Source of the DNA: Podarcis bocagei
Lineage: Eukaryota
Assembly: GCA_964188305.1 (NCBI GenBank)
Contig: OZ076890.1
Length of the DNA: 64,000 nt
Direction: 5' to 3' (one strand)
The translations under genes and the position numbers were made by a program. Numbering within the stretch: the stretch's first letter is position 1; the number at the start of each line of letters is the position of its first letter. The notes beneath the pieces were generated by a model. The model was not told the DNA's origin, made no database searches, and saw only the letters and a program-made list of their open reading frames with translations. Shown here piece after piece: positions 47,850-61,620 of this stretch.

Positions 47850-48624
47850 ATGGAGCTGGGGGCCGCGCTCGGGCAGCAGGCGCAGCAGCGCGCCCACCAC
47901 CAGCAGGCCCCGTCGGCGGCAGGAGGAGGAGGAGGAGGCGGCGGCGGTCCCTGCGCGGAGATGTTGCAAGTGGCCGAGGAGGCTTTCCGAGGCGGGCAGT
48001 TCGCCCTGGCGGCGGAGATCCTGAGCTCGCAGCTGGCCGAGCTGGCGCAGCCCGAGCGGGGCCTTTGCCTCCGCCAAGGGGACGCGCTGGCCCGCGCGGG
48101 GCGCATGGCCGAGGCTTTGGATGCTTACAGTGCCGCCGCCAGGCTGGCCCGCCTGAGGCCCGAGGAGCTGCGCGAACTGGCCGAGAGCTTCGCGCTCAGC
48201 CTCCGCGACAAAGAGCTGCGCCTGCCGCCGTGGCGGGGGCCTGGCGGCGGCGGCGCAGCTCCGGAGGGAGACGACCCGCTGGCGGACCCGCCTTGCTGCC
48301 GACCCCCGGAGCCGCTGGGCTGCCCGATGTGCCGTCGTCTGCTCTGCGAGCCGGTGACTCTGCACTGCGGGCACACCCACTGCAAGCGCTGCGCCCAGAG
48401 CGGCGGAGGCGAGTGCGCCCGCTGCGCCGCCCGGCGCCCAGCCTCTGCCCCGGCCGCGCAGCCCCCCGCCGGTCTCCGCGTCAACGTGGTCTTGGGCAGC
48501 CTGCTGGAGAAGTGGTTCCCGGCCGAGAGCAAAGCGCGCCGGCTGGGCGCCGAAGGGGACGCGCTGAAGGAGAGGCAGGAGCTGGCGCCCGCCCTGGAGA
48601 AGTACAACCAGGCCCTGGACCTCG
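47850..48624 (+). CDS. LONRF2: LON peptidase N-terminal domain and RING finger protein 2, coding exon 1 (poly-Gly9, TPR-like helices, first RING)
   Basis: LAQPERGLCLRQGDALARAGR..LRPEEL and the RING CPMC..PVTLHCGHTHCKRC..CARC are LONRF features. Donor G|GTGAGT (phase 1). Position downstream of CHST10 supports the LONRF2 paralogue. Exon 2 was not found in the window. Confidence 0.92.
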
Positions 48625-51600
48625 GTGAGTGCTCGCCGTGGCGCACATGCCCGACTCCTCCCCACAGAAGAAAGCTTCCCTGTCGCCTTCGGAAGCAGCA
48701 AGGGCAAACACCTTGTCAATATGCTCGGGGGCGCTGCGCCACAACCCCGACCTGTGTTGCTTTGGCTCACAAGGGGAGAAACAGGCCCAGTCGCGTTCCT
48801 GAGCTCCCTTCCTTATGTGGGAAGCGGATTAGGGATTTCCCGACGGGGAGAAAGCGCAGTGTAATGGGGGCCATTTCCAGGAGTGGGTGTTCCTGCCAAC
48901 GCTGGGCAGCCAGGCCTTGCCTGATACATGGATGAGAAGGAATTCGACAATAAGGGGCCCCTTCTCAACACCTGGGTGGAAAGTGCGTTGTGGCGCTTTC
49001 TGCTCTGCCTGGTGTTTTTTGCAAACTATATGTGAAGTGTAGAAAGTAGGAGGAAGTGTGTCACTTTCTAAAAAAAGAACCCCCCCCCCACTAAGCTTGT
49101 GCTTCCTGGCACTGTGCAATTGGGGATCCCAATATTCTGTTGGGAGGCGCCCCCCTCCCAACTGTTGCAGTTTGTGAAGGAGAACAGGAATCTGTTCAGT
49201 TCTTACAAACTGCTATGTGATCGTGCTTGGGCTGTGTGACAGCCCAATGGTGAAATGATTTCTAGGGGTCAGAAGGGTCTGCGACATAGGCACAGTTGTG
49301 TTTCGGTGCTTGGAAGGCATGTGTATTGGGGCAATAGGCTGTGGAGTTTGGGTAAAGGGTTAATTTGACTTCTCAAGTTATGTGGGAAATGAATTCTGTT
49401 TAGGTGGGTTCCAGCTGCCTTGCCCATTCAGTAAAAAAAAACTGGGTTTTTGTTAACATTGACCAGAAGCAGCCATGGGGTTTATTAGAATGAGGTATGG
49501 TGTGCTCTTGAGGGCTGGCAGTTACAGCCCCAGGATGCTTCCCAGCTGATGCCAGGGCAGGGGTGAGAGCAAATACTGAGAATAGTCGACCTCAGAACAC
49601 ATATTGTATCTTCTGTGCATTGCTTTGTGGAGAATGTTAAGGGCCTTTGCAACTGCGAGAAATCGAGATTTTCATCTGGGAGTTAGAAAAGTTCATACCC
49701 CACATGGTTTTCTCAATCCTGGTGCCTTGTGGCTCAGATTTCTGCTCAAGAGCTTCAAATTAGCTTTCCTGTTCTCTGGCACAACTAAAGCCACTTATTT
49801 TGTATTGGTTTCTGACTTCCATTTGACGGGTCAGGCACCAGTAAGAAAACAGCTTTATGGGAAATAATTCTAGAGAGTTTTTAAATTGTATAATAGTGAA
49901 AGTTGAAACGTAATTGTAGCCTAGGCGTGACAATGCTTTGTGACATTGTCAACACAGAGGTTTGTGGGGCTTTGAGCATCTTGGAAACTCAGAAAGGGTG
50001 TAAGGTGTGCACCTGAAGATACGAGCAAATCCTTCCTTGTCACATACCTTTTCTAATGCAGCAATACATCTTCATCTACTGCCCTGCCAGTACCCAGTAG
50101 GTACATACTATTTTCACTGCCAGCCTTTTGACTAGCCACAAAATAGCTGGGAATATATAAGATGACACTTCCTGCTTGGCAGAATCTCTAAAACATGTGC
50201 AGTGTGGGTTAAGGTCATTGCCAATTGTCTTTACCCAAACCTTGGGAAATTAATAAATGACTTTTCTTACCTCAGGGACTTCCTTACAATTCAAAGCAAA
50301 ACTTGCAGCAGCTACTGTATCCACAGAACTTATGGATACGCAGTTGGGCACCCTGCAGATTATCTGTGTGTTGTTCATTTGTTCATGGTGGGAGATGGAG
50401 GACTTATTTTTTAAAAAAACAAAGAATTTACAACGTTCCATTTTCATCTACAAATTAGCGAGAATTTGGGAATAGATTCTGTGTATTTGCTGGGAGCAAC
50501 AGCAGAATTGCATAATATTGTTTCCCTGAATACTCATCATTACAACACAGTGTAAGAGAGTGTGACTTCTCTAAACACATTCGGAACCTTATACCTAAGA
50601 TGTTGACATGCTTACTGTGAGACCACCAGAACTGATTGCATAATATAGATGGATTTCAAAACCTTTTTGCTATCTATGTGACTAAGAAAAGGAAGCCATG
50701 TCTCCAGAAACATCAAATAGGTGCATTTGGACAGGCAGAGTGAAAGTTTCACTGTTGCTGGTTGTTGTTAAAATTTCAGAAATATGGGTGTGTGTGAATT
50801 ATTACATGAATCAGAGGGTCTGGAACACTCTGGAATGCTATAGTTCCAGGTTTGGCTGTGTATGCTTGATGTAGTGTAAATTTTCACAGGTCATCCTGAC
50901 CTTTTGAAATGCCAGTAGGGAGGCGTACTGTTGGTTCTCTTCTGATAGGCTGTTTCAAAGTTTTTGGAGCTGGGCCTTTCTTGGTGACTTCAATGGGCTG
51001 GGAACTGAGCTTGTATATAGGGAAATATGTTTTTCCTTCCTTTTTCAGTCGTTATTTTGCTATCGTTACATGCAACTGTTTAGACATAACAAACGAAAAC
51101 CTTCCCAAGTAGAGCAGGTGTTGGCAACCTTCGGCTCTGCAGATGTTGCTGACCTCTGCAGCTCCCATCATTCTTGACCATTGGCTGTGCTTACTGGGAC
51201 CAATGGGTGTTGTAGTTCAGCAACATTTGGACGGCCAGAGGCTTCCCATACCTGTAATAATAGAGAGAACCATTGGAGCTGAAATTGTCTTCCTTTTGTC
51301 ATGTCAAGCAGCAAAACTACATTTGTTTCATGCCTCATTGTTTCATTGGAAAACACATCCTGATATGAGGAAAGTTTCTGTAATTGTACGTTTCTGCATC
51401 TTGAATTATCTCTTTATTGTGATACCAAAGTGCCCTCTTTTTAACCCAGTAAAACAAATCAGTGGAATTGATTTACCTAGCTGTGCCTCCTTTGTCATTG
51501 TCAACTTAACCATGGAGAAGTTCTTTCTCTCGCAAGCGTTAAAGCAATGCTGCATTTTTCAGTTTTGTAATGAGTTGTGGGGTTGTTTTTTTTAAGAATA

Positions 51601-52479
51601 AAACTTTTGGGATGAATTTTTGAAAAGTACTTGGTTAAAACCTAACACAGATCATTATCCCCCAAATAGAATTTCCCCTGGGAAAGCTTGATTTCTGTGG
51701 TCCTTCTTGGGCCCATCTCAAACTGGAAAGCATTTAGCTCAGGTTTAGGGAGATTTTTAAAAACTCGTATTCTCACTCTCCCAGTGCTTATATGGACAGT
51801 GAAACAGTACCTAAATACTTGCAGTCATAATGCACAATGGGTTGTTAAAGGGTTTTAAAATATTAATACTTAATGTTTAAAATATTAATATTAAAAAAAT
51901 TAAAATATTGTTTTGCCAGAGGATTGATAACACACCTAAGGCTACTTGGATCTGTATTTTTAATATTGAGTGGCGTGTTCAGCACATAAATGCAGCTGAG
52001 AGTTTGATTCTGGAACTACGAAAATGCTTTGGTTATTTTAGTAGTTCTTACTGTAGTTTGAGGCTGCGCTAGAAGTATGGAGCCATAACAGCTTTTTTGC
52101 TAGAAGTGTTTGTAAAAGTGAGGAAGATACCAGAGCTTGCCAGGGAACTGGCTCTGGCAGGGAAAATGCTCACACACCCCTTATTTTCCTGTGTGTAGAT
52201 CATGTATAGTCTGTAAAATGACTCAACTGTAAAATGACTCAACACATTCAAAGTTCGGAAGAGATCATAAAATTATATAAATGTAGAGCTGGAAGGGACC
52301 CCAAGGTTCATCTATTCCATCTGATTCTCTTCCTCAGCTTCCTGCCCCTCCCTCCAGAATTTCTTTCTCAAACCTGAGCAAACCCACACGGGATCCTATC
52401 TTCTGCTTCACTGGGGAGAGCCACACAGCCTCTTCAGATTTTCCAACTCTCCCTTTCCCTGCAGTGTGTTGTAAATGAG

Positions 52480-52887
52480 CCTTCTACGTTTCCAAGCACA
52501 ATTCAAAGTGTTGGTGCTGACCTTTAAAGCCCTAAACGGCCTCGGTCCTGTATACCTGAAGGAGCGTCTCCACCCCCATCCTTCAGCCCGGACACTGAGG
52601 TCCAGCGCCGAGGGCCTTCTGGCGGTTTCCCTCATTGCGAGAAGTGAGGTTACAGGGAACCAGACAGAGGGCCTCCTCGGTAGTGGCGCCCGCCCTGTGG
52701 AACACCCTCCCTTCAGATGTGAAGGAAATAAGCAGCTATCTTCTCTTTAAAAGACATCTGAAGGCAGCCCTGTTTAAGGAAGTTTTTTATATTTAATTCT
52801 GTATTGTTTTTAACACTTGATTGGGAGCCACCCAGAGTGGCTGGGGAAACTCAGCCAGATGGGTGGGGTATAAATAATAAATTATCT
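52480..52887 (+). mobile_element. L2-clade LINE 3' fragment, followed by (TTAA)n to 52927
   Basis: Translation QFKVLVLTFKALNGLGPVYLKERL..RTLRS is typical of an L2 ORF2 C-terminus; tail GGGGTATAAATAATAAA. Confidence 0.82.
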
Positions 52888-55464
52888 TAATTAATTAATT
52901 AATTAATTAATTAATTAATTAATTAATCAGCTTCATGGGTAAAGGGGAAGGAAGGCTGCCATCACTTTTTCATCTTCCTGTCTGGCTGAAGCCCAGACAT
53001 GCTGGGAGCCTCAATGGCACCCCTCTGGCAGCTTCACCCAGAGGTTTAAACCCTGGCTAGACACCCCACCCCACCCCTAGCTATGGCTCTGCAGAGACCA
53101 TCATCAGTAGGAACGACCACAAAATTGCAGTTGCCTTCCAGTAGTCGAGTTCTCTTCTGCGAGTATGTTGAACAAGCTGTAAATAAGTATTTGCAAAGGG
53201 TAAAGAGGGTAAAACAGGAAGTTAGTCACTGGAACTCCAGTGGGGAAAGATGGATTTCAGGGAAGCTGGTGAGATTTTGACCTCTAACTGAAGTTACGCC
53301 TTTCCTAAACATAGGTCAGTTAGACAAGGTGAATAAGCTCTCTCTCTGTGTGTCTTACACAGCATTGACTATCATAAGATTAGAGCTATCTTGTGTACAG
53401 AAGGTCAGTGACATACATAAACAACTTCCTACTACACATACATAGCCTAGCTGCATCTCAGACAAGCCTATACTTTAAAATGGGCGAGATAGCAGCCTGG
53501 TAAATGGAACAAAAAGGAAAACAAAGCCTGGCTTAATCACACTGCATCAAGTTATCAACAGTGAAATGCTTTACTGCCTTGCAGTTTATGACTCATCCTG
53601 CAGCATTTCTAGAAAAGCCTTTTCCCTGGTCTGTGACGAAAAGAGCCTTATGTAAAATGTGTTGATGTTTCTACTCTGAGACAATAGGCAGTCAGAGGCA
53701 CATTAGAACCATTCCTTCACATTTCTGCATGGCAAAATGGTGGCTTGATCACTAAAATAACTTGCAGTGGTTTAAATCAAAGCTGCCAACCTTTGCTGGC
53801 TTGTGGGCAACAAATCGCAATATGGAACAAGCTTCAGACAGCTTGGATAAGCTAACAAGAATCATACATTGCTTTCCCCCCCCCCTTCGTTTTGAGGGGC
53901 GGGGGAGCTTTATGTCAGACTGTATGCTGGTGGCTAGATCGGGGTTCCACACATTGTGCACAAGCGAAGTGGAGTGTGTCATCAAGTGTACACTCAACAG
54001 GGGGTGGCAATTGGTCTCAGCTTGCTTAACACGTGTACCTGCACAACACCTCTGTGTTTGCAGAGATACATCTGTTATGTTGCCTGCCACCCACCCCATT
54101 ACAAATTTAGGTGCACACTTAAACACATTAGGAATATATCTAGAAATGCAATGTAGCACCTGGAAAAGGACCCAAAATGAAAACTGTATCAGTGCGCAGA
54201 AGTGGTGTCATTCTTAATCCTTCTTCTTTGCAAGCTCAGAACACAGGGAGGCCTCTTTAGTTGAAGAATAGTCCAGTTTCTGGCCTGCTTCAAAATTCAC
54301 TTAAGGAGTTGGGTCAGCACTCCTTGCAAGCGATGTGGCATTGCTTTTGTGGTAACACAATTAAGCATTTTGTGGGGAATTGGAAAAATTGAAGTCTGAG
54401 AAAACCAGTGGTGACAGCCCTTTACCAACCAACCAAGTGGCAGTTTATCGCTAGGTGTGTGGCAAGCTCTTGGTTTGCATTTCTTTGTGAAGTGGGGAGC
54501 AGAAGCCTTCCACTTCTACCTTTGGATTTCAGAACAGGCACAGAAGTGTGGAATAAAAGTTTTCCCAGCACTTGGCAGGAAAATGCAAGCTTACTTTGGG
54601 GTTATATGCACCCTGCGTAAGGCCATTTTTATTAGCATTGTACATGCCTGTACAAGCACCATAAGGTCTTTCTGTTGCAAAAAGATTTAAATACAGCTGG
54701 TGATAAGAGGATGTTTACCTCCAAGGATAGTTTCTCCTCCTTTCGGGGGGGGGGGTTCTTCTAAGCCATACTCCTTGTAAGAGTTCTGTTCTGCTCAAAT
54801 CTTCATCTTAATAGAAACCAATGAGGTTATGAAAGCCCATTCCCAGGGTTCTGCATTCAAAGAGAAAAACATAAAGAGATGTTAGGGGAAATCATGCAAG
54901 TGTCGTGCTGTTCTGTACTACAGTATTTTAGTTCTTAAGCTCTTGCATCCTATTTGGTGCTGTTTGGACCATCAAGGTGGAGAGATCCAGTCCTGGAAAT
55001 AAGGACAGGGCTTCACAAAACGATAGGGAAAGGAGTACGAATGAATATTGGGGTGATGATTTGGTTGCACTGATCCTAAACATGCTCTGTTTTGCAGGGA
55101 AGGGGGATTTGTAGTGGGAAGCATTAGACTGATGGAATAACTGGAATTCAGTTCCATGTATGACAGGAAACACCAAGGTGAGAAAGGAAACAAGAGGGTT
55201 GGAATGAGCAAATGAGAAAGTGGAGGTTGTAAAAGAAATCCAGGTAGGGATTGCTGGAAATTAAAGGCCAGCATCCTGAAGATGATCTTGGTGCAAAAAC
55301 TATAGAAAGAGAAAAATCCTCATAGCAACAGAGATTATCTAAGTTGAGGCATCCCTAAATGACTGGCAAGTAGAGAGAGCTTCAGCAACTAGTTGCATAC
55401 TGTTTACCAATGTTTGAACGAGTTCTTAAGTGGGATTTAGTAGGGTGACTTAGTAATTCTAGAT

Positions 55465-55693
55465 CAGGGGTCAGCAACCTTTTCAGCCGTGGGCTAGTCC
55501 ACCGTCCCTCAGACCATGTGGTGGGCCGGACTATATTTTTTTGGGGGGGGGAACATGAACGAATTCCTATGCCCCACAAATAACCCAGAGATGTGTTTTA
55601 AATAAAAGCACACATTCTACTCATGTAAAAAACGCGGGCCGGATTGAGAATTGGACCGCATCCGGCTTCCGGGCCTTAAGTTGCCTACCCCTG
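55465..55693. mobile_element. hAT-Charlie-type MITE
   Basis: TIR CAGGGGTCAGCAAC / GTTGCCTACCCCTG; perfect 8-bp TSD TTCTAGAT (NTCTAGAN target type). Confidence 0.9.
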
Positions 55694-58537
55694 TTCTAGA
55701 TTGTCCCAGAAGCACCAGCAGTTCTTTCTTTCTTTTTCTGTCTTTCTGTTCTTTTCTGTCTTTCTGTTTCTTTTCCTGTGTAATTTGTGACAGGCTACTA
55801 TTGTACAGTGATATATTTTTTTTTGTAGAACTCCTCCCAAATGGCATTTCCTTCCAGTATTAACCTTTATGTAATTTTGAGTAATGTGGGGCAGTAAAAA
55901 AAAAAAGAGAGAGCCATTTTTATTTTAGAAAAAGAGAACAGAAATGACACCTGATTGAAGGTAGTTCTTAGATGCTGGGTTTTAAAATCCAAAATAAATC
56001 AAAGAGGGTGGGGGTGGGGAAATGGTGTAATGAGAGGGAAAAAAGGACTGAAGCGCAGTATAATGAGGCTTCTCTCCTCCTCCCCCAACAATGCTAGACA
56101 ACAAAAGAACAGGCCCTGCTTTTAGAATTTGAAATAAGATAATGCCAGTTCTGCAGGGACACTCCTGGCATTGTAACTGGCATGATTCACAGAAGTTATT
56201 TGAATGGATAAATGTACTAGGATTGCCTGATAGTACAAGGGAAATTGCTGAGTGTTTTTTTTTTAAAAAAGATTTTTTTTGCCCAACTTAAATTGCTATA
56301 AATAGGCCCCCTGCTATTATATTCCTAGATAGCTTTTTGTAGCTTGGACCTTCATTGTGTGTCTCAGCAGGCATTCCTGTGCCGCAGTAGCAAATAACTC
56401 TGTTTTCTTAGATTCCACCCCCCCGCAACCCAGTTTGGTTTAAGTGTCTCAGTGTGTGAACTACTTTAGGAGGTGACTTTTGACTGTAACTTTGCTTTTA
56501 TATTGTTGACACCATTATTTGAGGTAAGAAGAGCACCAAGAGTAGCTAAGGAACATGCAAAGCCAAATTTAATTAATACCACCCGGAAGCTCTGAAATAT
56601 ATTGGACTAAAGGTGCATGTGTAATATAGTTCAGAAGCGACATTTCCTTTCCTCTCTTCCTGTGTGTTTTTGGGGAAATGTGTGCGTAGATTATGCTCTG
56701 TTTGGAGCGCTTGCTAAAAATAGTAGTGGAGGTAGACAGGAGAAAATTAGAGGTGCAAGCAAGTGGTTGGTTTCTTTCTTAATGTGAACAAAGAGACATT
56801 CAACTCAATGTACTCTTCACTGGATTGCCTTGTCGATTTTGCTCAGATGTTAAAGGTTGAGCTAAAATTGGCTGGATGCTGGGTGTTCAGTGCAGAGTGG
56901 TGGTTCTGCATAAGGTGACTTTCCAATTTCAGCTGTCAGTTCATTTTCCTTCTGACAGTAATAAATAAACATTTCCCTGCATAGTCGAGCACGGTGGTAC
57001 CCATATGGATGCTACTATGTTTTTCCCATATAATGACCTTTTTTTAATAAATAAAAAGGCCAACACAAGCATGTGGTACGGTGCAATCTCTGGAGCTCGA
57101 AAAACTCTGTTCAGTTTTTTTTAAAGCGGCGGGGGGGGGGGGGAATTGCTGAAATGTTTTGGAAGGTTGAGCTATTGTAGCTTCATGGCTAAATTTGTGA
57201 ATTGGAAAGTCCTTGCTTGAAATTTCACCTCTGCAATGAATTCACCAGGTGGCAATATTGCAGCTTTCGCTCTCAGCCCCTTTCAGGATGGCAATAGCAA
57301 GCCTACCTTGCAGGACTGTGTAACAGTTGAAATAACACTATCTAAATTCTGTGCACTAATAGCAAGGAAGTCATAACCCTAGCTTATTCAGTATTGAACT
57401 CTTATGATTTTATGACTACATGCAGAAGTGGGAAGAAGCTATCTCTACCAGCTAATGCCATGCAATTTTCTCAGCGTTGCATTGTGTTATGTGCCTAAGT
57501 TTAAGTCAACCACTATTGCGCCTTTTCTCTCTCTTCCTCTTCTTCCTGAATATGGTCTTTTTCTTCTTCTTTTGTGTTAACTGCTTGGTTCGCTTCCTAC
57601 ATGTTGCTTCTAAAGCTAGGAACACACTAAAGCTGCAATCCTACACACACTTTCTTGGAGGTAGAAGTATATGGGATAAAGGAATGTAATGTTGGTTTTC
57701 TTGAAGGTTTTGTTCCTTTCAGCTCTTGTTAGCTCTCAGCAACTTCGTGACCTCTTTTAATATGCCCATTGCTGGTTTGCACTAAGCTGCCAGCTTCCTG
57801 CAGATCACGTGCAGCTGAATAAACGGTTTATTGCAGCTGTTTGGTAATTAATACAGATACAAAAACAAAACTCCGTGTCAAGCCATTTGGAATAGAGTGT
57901 TTCAATTACCATTGGAAAGAGACTTATTGTTAAATACATGATAGAGCTGGCATGTCCCAGAGATAATGTGCCCATCACTATTGCTGATAGCAGGAAAAGT
58001 TCTGCTACATTTCCACATTGTCTAATTTTTGTCTTCTTTGGTGATCACTTGTTGTCGAGAAAAATGTCTTCCATGAATATTGTCTTAACAGTGTGTCCGT
58101 AAGGTGACTATCTTTGTAATATTATATGAACACGTGTTTTACCTAGGTTAGAGTGATGGGGAGATTTATGTGACCTTGTGTGGTTTTATTTCAATCATTT
58201 GTTAGTCATGGGAAGGTGGGATATAAATGTGTTAAAATAAATGGTTGGTAATTTTCAGTGATGGCAGGTATCAAAGCCATCAAAGCAAGTATGATTCAAA
58301 ACAATTTGTTCTACCCAGTGCTTTTTTTCTACCAAAAAAAAAATGTTTAGAGGAGAATCACCATTTTATAGTTCAAATCGGGGAAAATAAATACAGTAAA
58401 TGGACAAAAGTACAAAGATTCACAAAATGTTTAGGGGTAGAAAACCCTCTAGAGCTACCGCATAATACAAATACTGCTTTTTCCAAAATGGGGATCCCTT
58501 AGGATTTTGTTCCTTAAGCCCATGAGTCAGTGTCGTT

Positions 58538-58586
<49 letters not shown>

Positions 58587-58900
58587 TATTTGCATTCCAC
58601 CCATCTGACCAGGTTGTCCCAGCCACTCTGGGCAGCTTCCAACAGATACAAAAACATAATAAAACATTACACATTTTAAAAAAGTCCCTATACAGGGCTG
58701 CTTTCAGATGTCTTCTAAAAGTCAGATAGTTGATTATTTCCTTGACATCTGATGGGAGGGCGTTCCACAGGGCGGGTGCCACTACCCAGAAGGCCCTCTG
58801 CCTGGTTCCCTGTAACCTCACAGTGAGGGAAACCACCAGAAGGCCCTTGGAGCTGGGCCTCAGCACATGGAGATGCTTCTTCAGGTATATAGGGCCGAGG
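58538..58900 (-). mobile_element. L2-clade LINE 3' fragment with (CAA)n tail
   Basis: Reverse-complement homologue of 52480-52887; RAFWVVAPALWNALP..FRRHLK in ORF 58420..58905. Confidence 0.82.
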
Positions 58901-58929
58901 TACAAGAACTAAGCCCCGGGAACCATTGG

Positions 58930-59135
58930 TGGAGGCAGCATAGTTCAGTGGGTAGAGCATGTGTATTGCATGCAGAATGTCCCAGGTTCAGCCCCTGCTG
59001 TCGCCAGTTAAAGGAATCAGGGAGCAGGGGATAGGAAACACTCCTCTCCCTATGCCAGCGGAGAGCTGCTGGTAGTCCAAGTAGACAATGTCAGACCGAC
59101 AGACAAATACTTTGACTGGAATTATGCAGCTTCCC
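58930..59135 (+). mobile_element. Old tRNA-derived SINE
   Basis: CATAGTTCAGTGGGTAGAGCA..TTGCATGCAGAA.GTCCCAGGTTCA head; GAGAGCTGCTG..AGTC..AGTAGACAAT body. Confidence 0.6.
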
Positions 59136-59333
59136 AGCTGAAGTTAATGGTGTGGAGTCTTCTTTTCCAGTAGACAGCCTGCGCCATATGTTCTCACATG
59201 TTGTTGGGCCAGAAACTTCGTTGGCACGCTTCAAAACTGAGGGTTGAAAAAAGCAAATCACTGTGCCACTGCCCTATCGTTGTGAATGGTTTCTGCTGTT
59301 TCACGATTGGGGCATGGATGGAAAATTATATTA

Positions 59334-59556
59334 CACTGGTACCTCAGGTTGCATACGCTTCAGGTTACAGACTCCGCTAACCCAGAAATAGTGCTTCAGG
59401 TTAAGAACTTTGCTTCAGGATAAGAACAGAAATCGTGCTCCGGCGGCGCAGCAGCAGGAGGCCCCATTAAGTAAAGTGGTGCTTCAGGTTAAGAATAGTT
59501 TCAGGTTACGAACGGACCTCCGGAACAAAATAAGTACTTAACCCGAGGTACCACTG
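59334..59556 (-). mobile_element. Tc1/mariner-type MITE (family A), inverted
   Basis: Reverse complement of the 5757 body; TA flanks. Confidence 0.88.
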
Positions 59557-60046
59557 TATATTCACAGCGTTTTAATCTGGCCATCTCTCCCTTTTCCTCC
59601 TTCCTCTTTCTTTTTCACAACAAAACAGAGCAAGGATAACTGAAAGAGCGTTTTGGGGGTTTTTTTTGGTTTTCCCTTAAATAATTGGTTAAAATATAAC
59701 TCAGAAGCTGGAAGTGCTTATGTAAGTTTGTTTTTCTTTCCCTAGCTTCCCTTGATAACGTGTATGCAAACATGGTTCACGTGGCAATGAAAAGATGTCC
59801 CACATGCCTTTTGGACTACAGGCATTCACTGAGCCAGCAAGCATGTTGTGTCTTTTCCTAGGTCTTAGTTCAGGCTTTCGTAATCTTTTCAGGGTCAGGC
59901 CTACAGATGCTGTCTTCAGCGCTGCTTGTCCAACTGGCTGGAGCAATCCACTTTGAACAAAATATTTAATTTCTGCTTTAATACAAGGTAGGTTTAGGTA
60001 GACAATTGGGGGTTTGCCTCTCGCTCATTCCTCCTCTGCCTCACAA

Positions 60047-60099
<53 letters not shown>
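60047..60099. repeat. (AAT)n microsatellite
   Basis: Read directly. Confidence 0.95.
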
Positions 60100-61327
60100 G
60101 CCTGCCAGATTTCACATAAAAAAGAAGTGATAATCAGATCTTAAAATGTTTTGTTATACTGCCTCAACGTGACCGAGAAGCAGACAAATGTGTCTGGTGT
60201 TTTAAAACGCGGTTGAGGCAACCTTTAGAAAAAGGATTGATCATCCCACTCCTTTTCAAAAGCATCACATTTGCCATCTCTGAAATCCGCTCTTCCACTG
60301 AGTACACGTGCACAGAAGAAATATCATGCAGTGGGAGTTGTGGTTACCTAGAGACTGTCAGTAGCTCTGATCTTTATGAAGCTGTATTGCATTTTTATGT
60401 TGGTTTAAAATAAAATAAAATTGTACGCATATGGCTCAACCGTCATCTGTTAAAGGTAGCTAGGAATGTTGCCACTCATTTAAATGGGAAATAGATTCCA
60501 CACTCGATGAATCTACTACAATAATTAGGTAATGTTTCTATGAAATCCAAGAGAAGTATATCCCAAAGCCTTGACATGACTTCAATGCACCCCAGGTGAA
60601 TTTCTTTTATCTTGCTCACATAGAAGGTTAGCCATTTCCTACTGTACTTCCCATCCTGACTTAAGTGATAGGCTGTTATTTCTGGACAGACATGTGCCTT
60701 TGTGGAAGCATTTGGCAGATAGAGAACATGTTTGATGGCTGGCTTTCTAGTTTGCAGCTCCTGAGTTCTGTGCTTCTAATTTTATGTTTCCCTTTGTTTT
60801 GCTATTATAAGATTGTAGCCAGCATTTAGCAGAATTTTTAGCAGTTGATAAATACTGCTGAAAAAACATGTTTGCTTCTGGGACAGGAGAAGGTTAATGT
60901 AGGGCAGACAGGAATGGACTATACAGAATGAACTTAGAGAGCAGCTCTAGAATGACTGTTCTCCTGTTAACAGCAGAGGCTGGTTGTGCAACATATAATT
61001 AAAGGACTCCCAATGATGCTTTAACCACAAGTAAACACTACATGTGAAGGAAATGCAACTGGCCACCTGATTATATATTACTGAACTATTTATTCTTTCT
61101 GGTTACAAAAGACATTCCATTAGAGGGGAAGCTTGGGACAGAATAGGCCTTCCAGTCAGTGTACTGATTGCCTCGTGGTCTCCCTGATGGAGCTTGACAG
61201 AACATTGCTGCATATGTCCCAGGTTGTGGATATGGGGAGACTTCTATCTCCATTTGAGACCTCCTTAACTGGTGAGTCTCAACAAACCCAGGAACCCCAT
61301 GACAAGTGTGGGCTTTGTCCCAATATA

Positions 61328-61620
61328 CCGTATTTTTCGCCCTATAGGACGCACCGGCCCATAGGACACACCTAGATTGGGGGGGGGGGAAATAAAGGGG
61401 GAAAAATATTTTTCCCCCCCAGGCGCAGGGCTGGGGAAGCCCGAGCTTCCCCCGACCCCAGCCCCCAGAACAGGCAGCTCTCCGCAAGCCGTGGGAGCCC
61501 AGCGTGAAGTCGCGCCGGGCTCCCACAGCTTGCCGAGAGCTGCGTGAAGCATGCTCTGGGAGCTTGCGCGGCTGGGGGAGGGTGAAGCCCGAGCTTCCCC
61601 CGACCCCAGCCCCCAGAAAG
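61328..61620 (+). mobile_element. Left part of a pogo-type element related to 21478-22354
   Basis: The first ~100 bp nearly match 21478-21575. The GC-rich internal repeats differ and no right TIR is seen. Confidence 0.8.

Noticed and set aside
47832-48770. 312-aa antisense ORF over LONRF2 exon 1
   Set aside because: Shadow ORF of a GC-rich coding exon.
48625-48935. C-terminal part of the 361-aa ORF
   Set aside because: Lies past the GTGAGT donor and LONRF similarity ends there, so it is intronic read-through.
57230-57262. CTCF-like TTCACCAGGTGGCA (also CCACTAGATGTC near 43830)
   Set aside because: Partial matches only, too weak to call.
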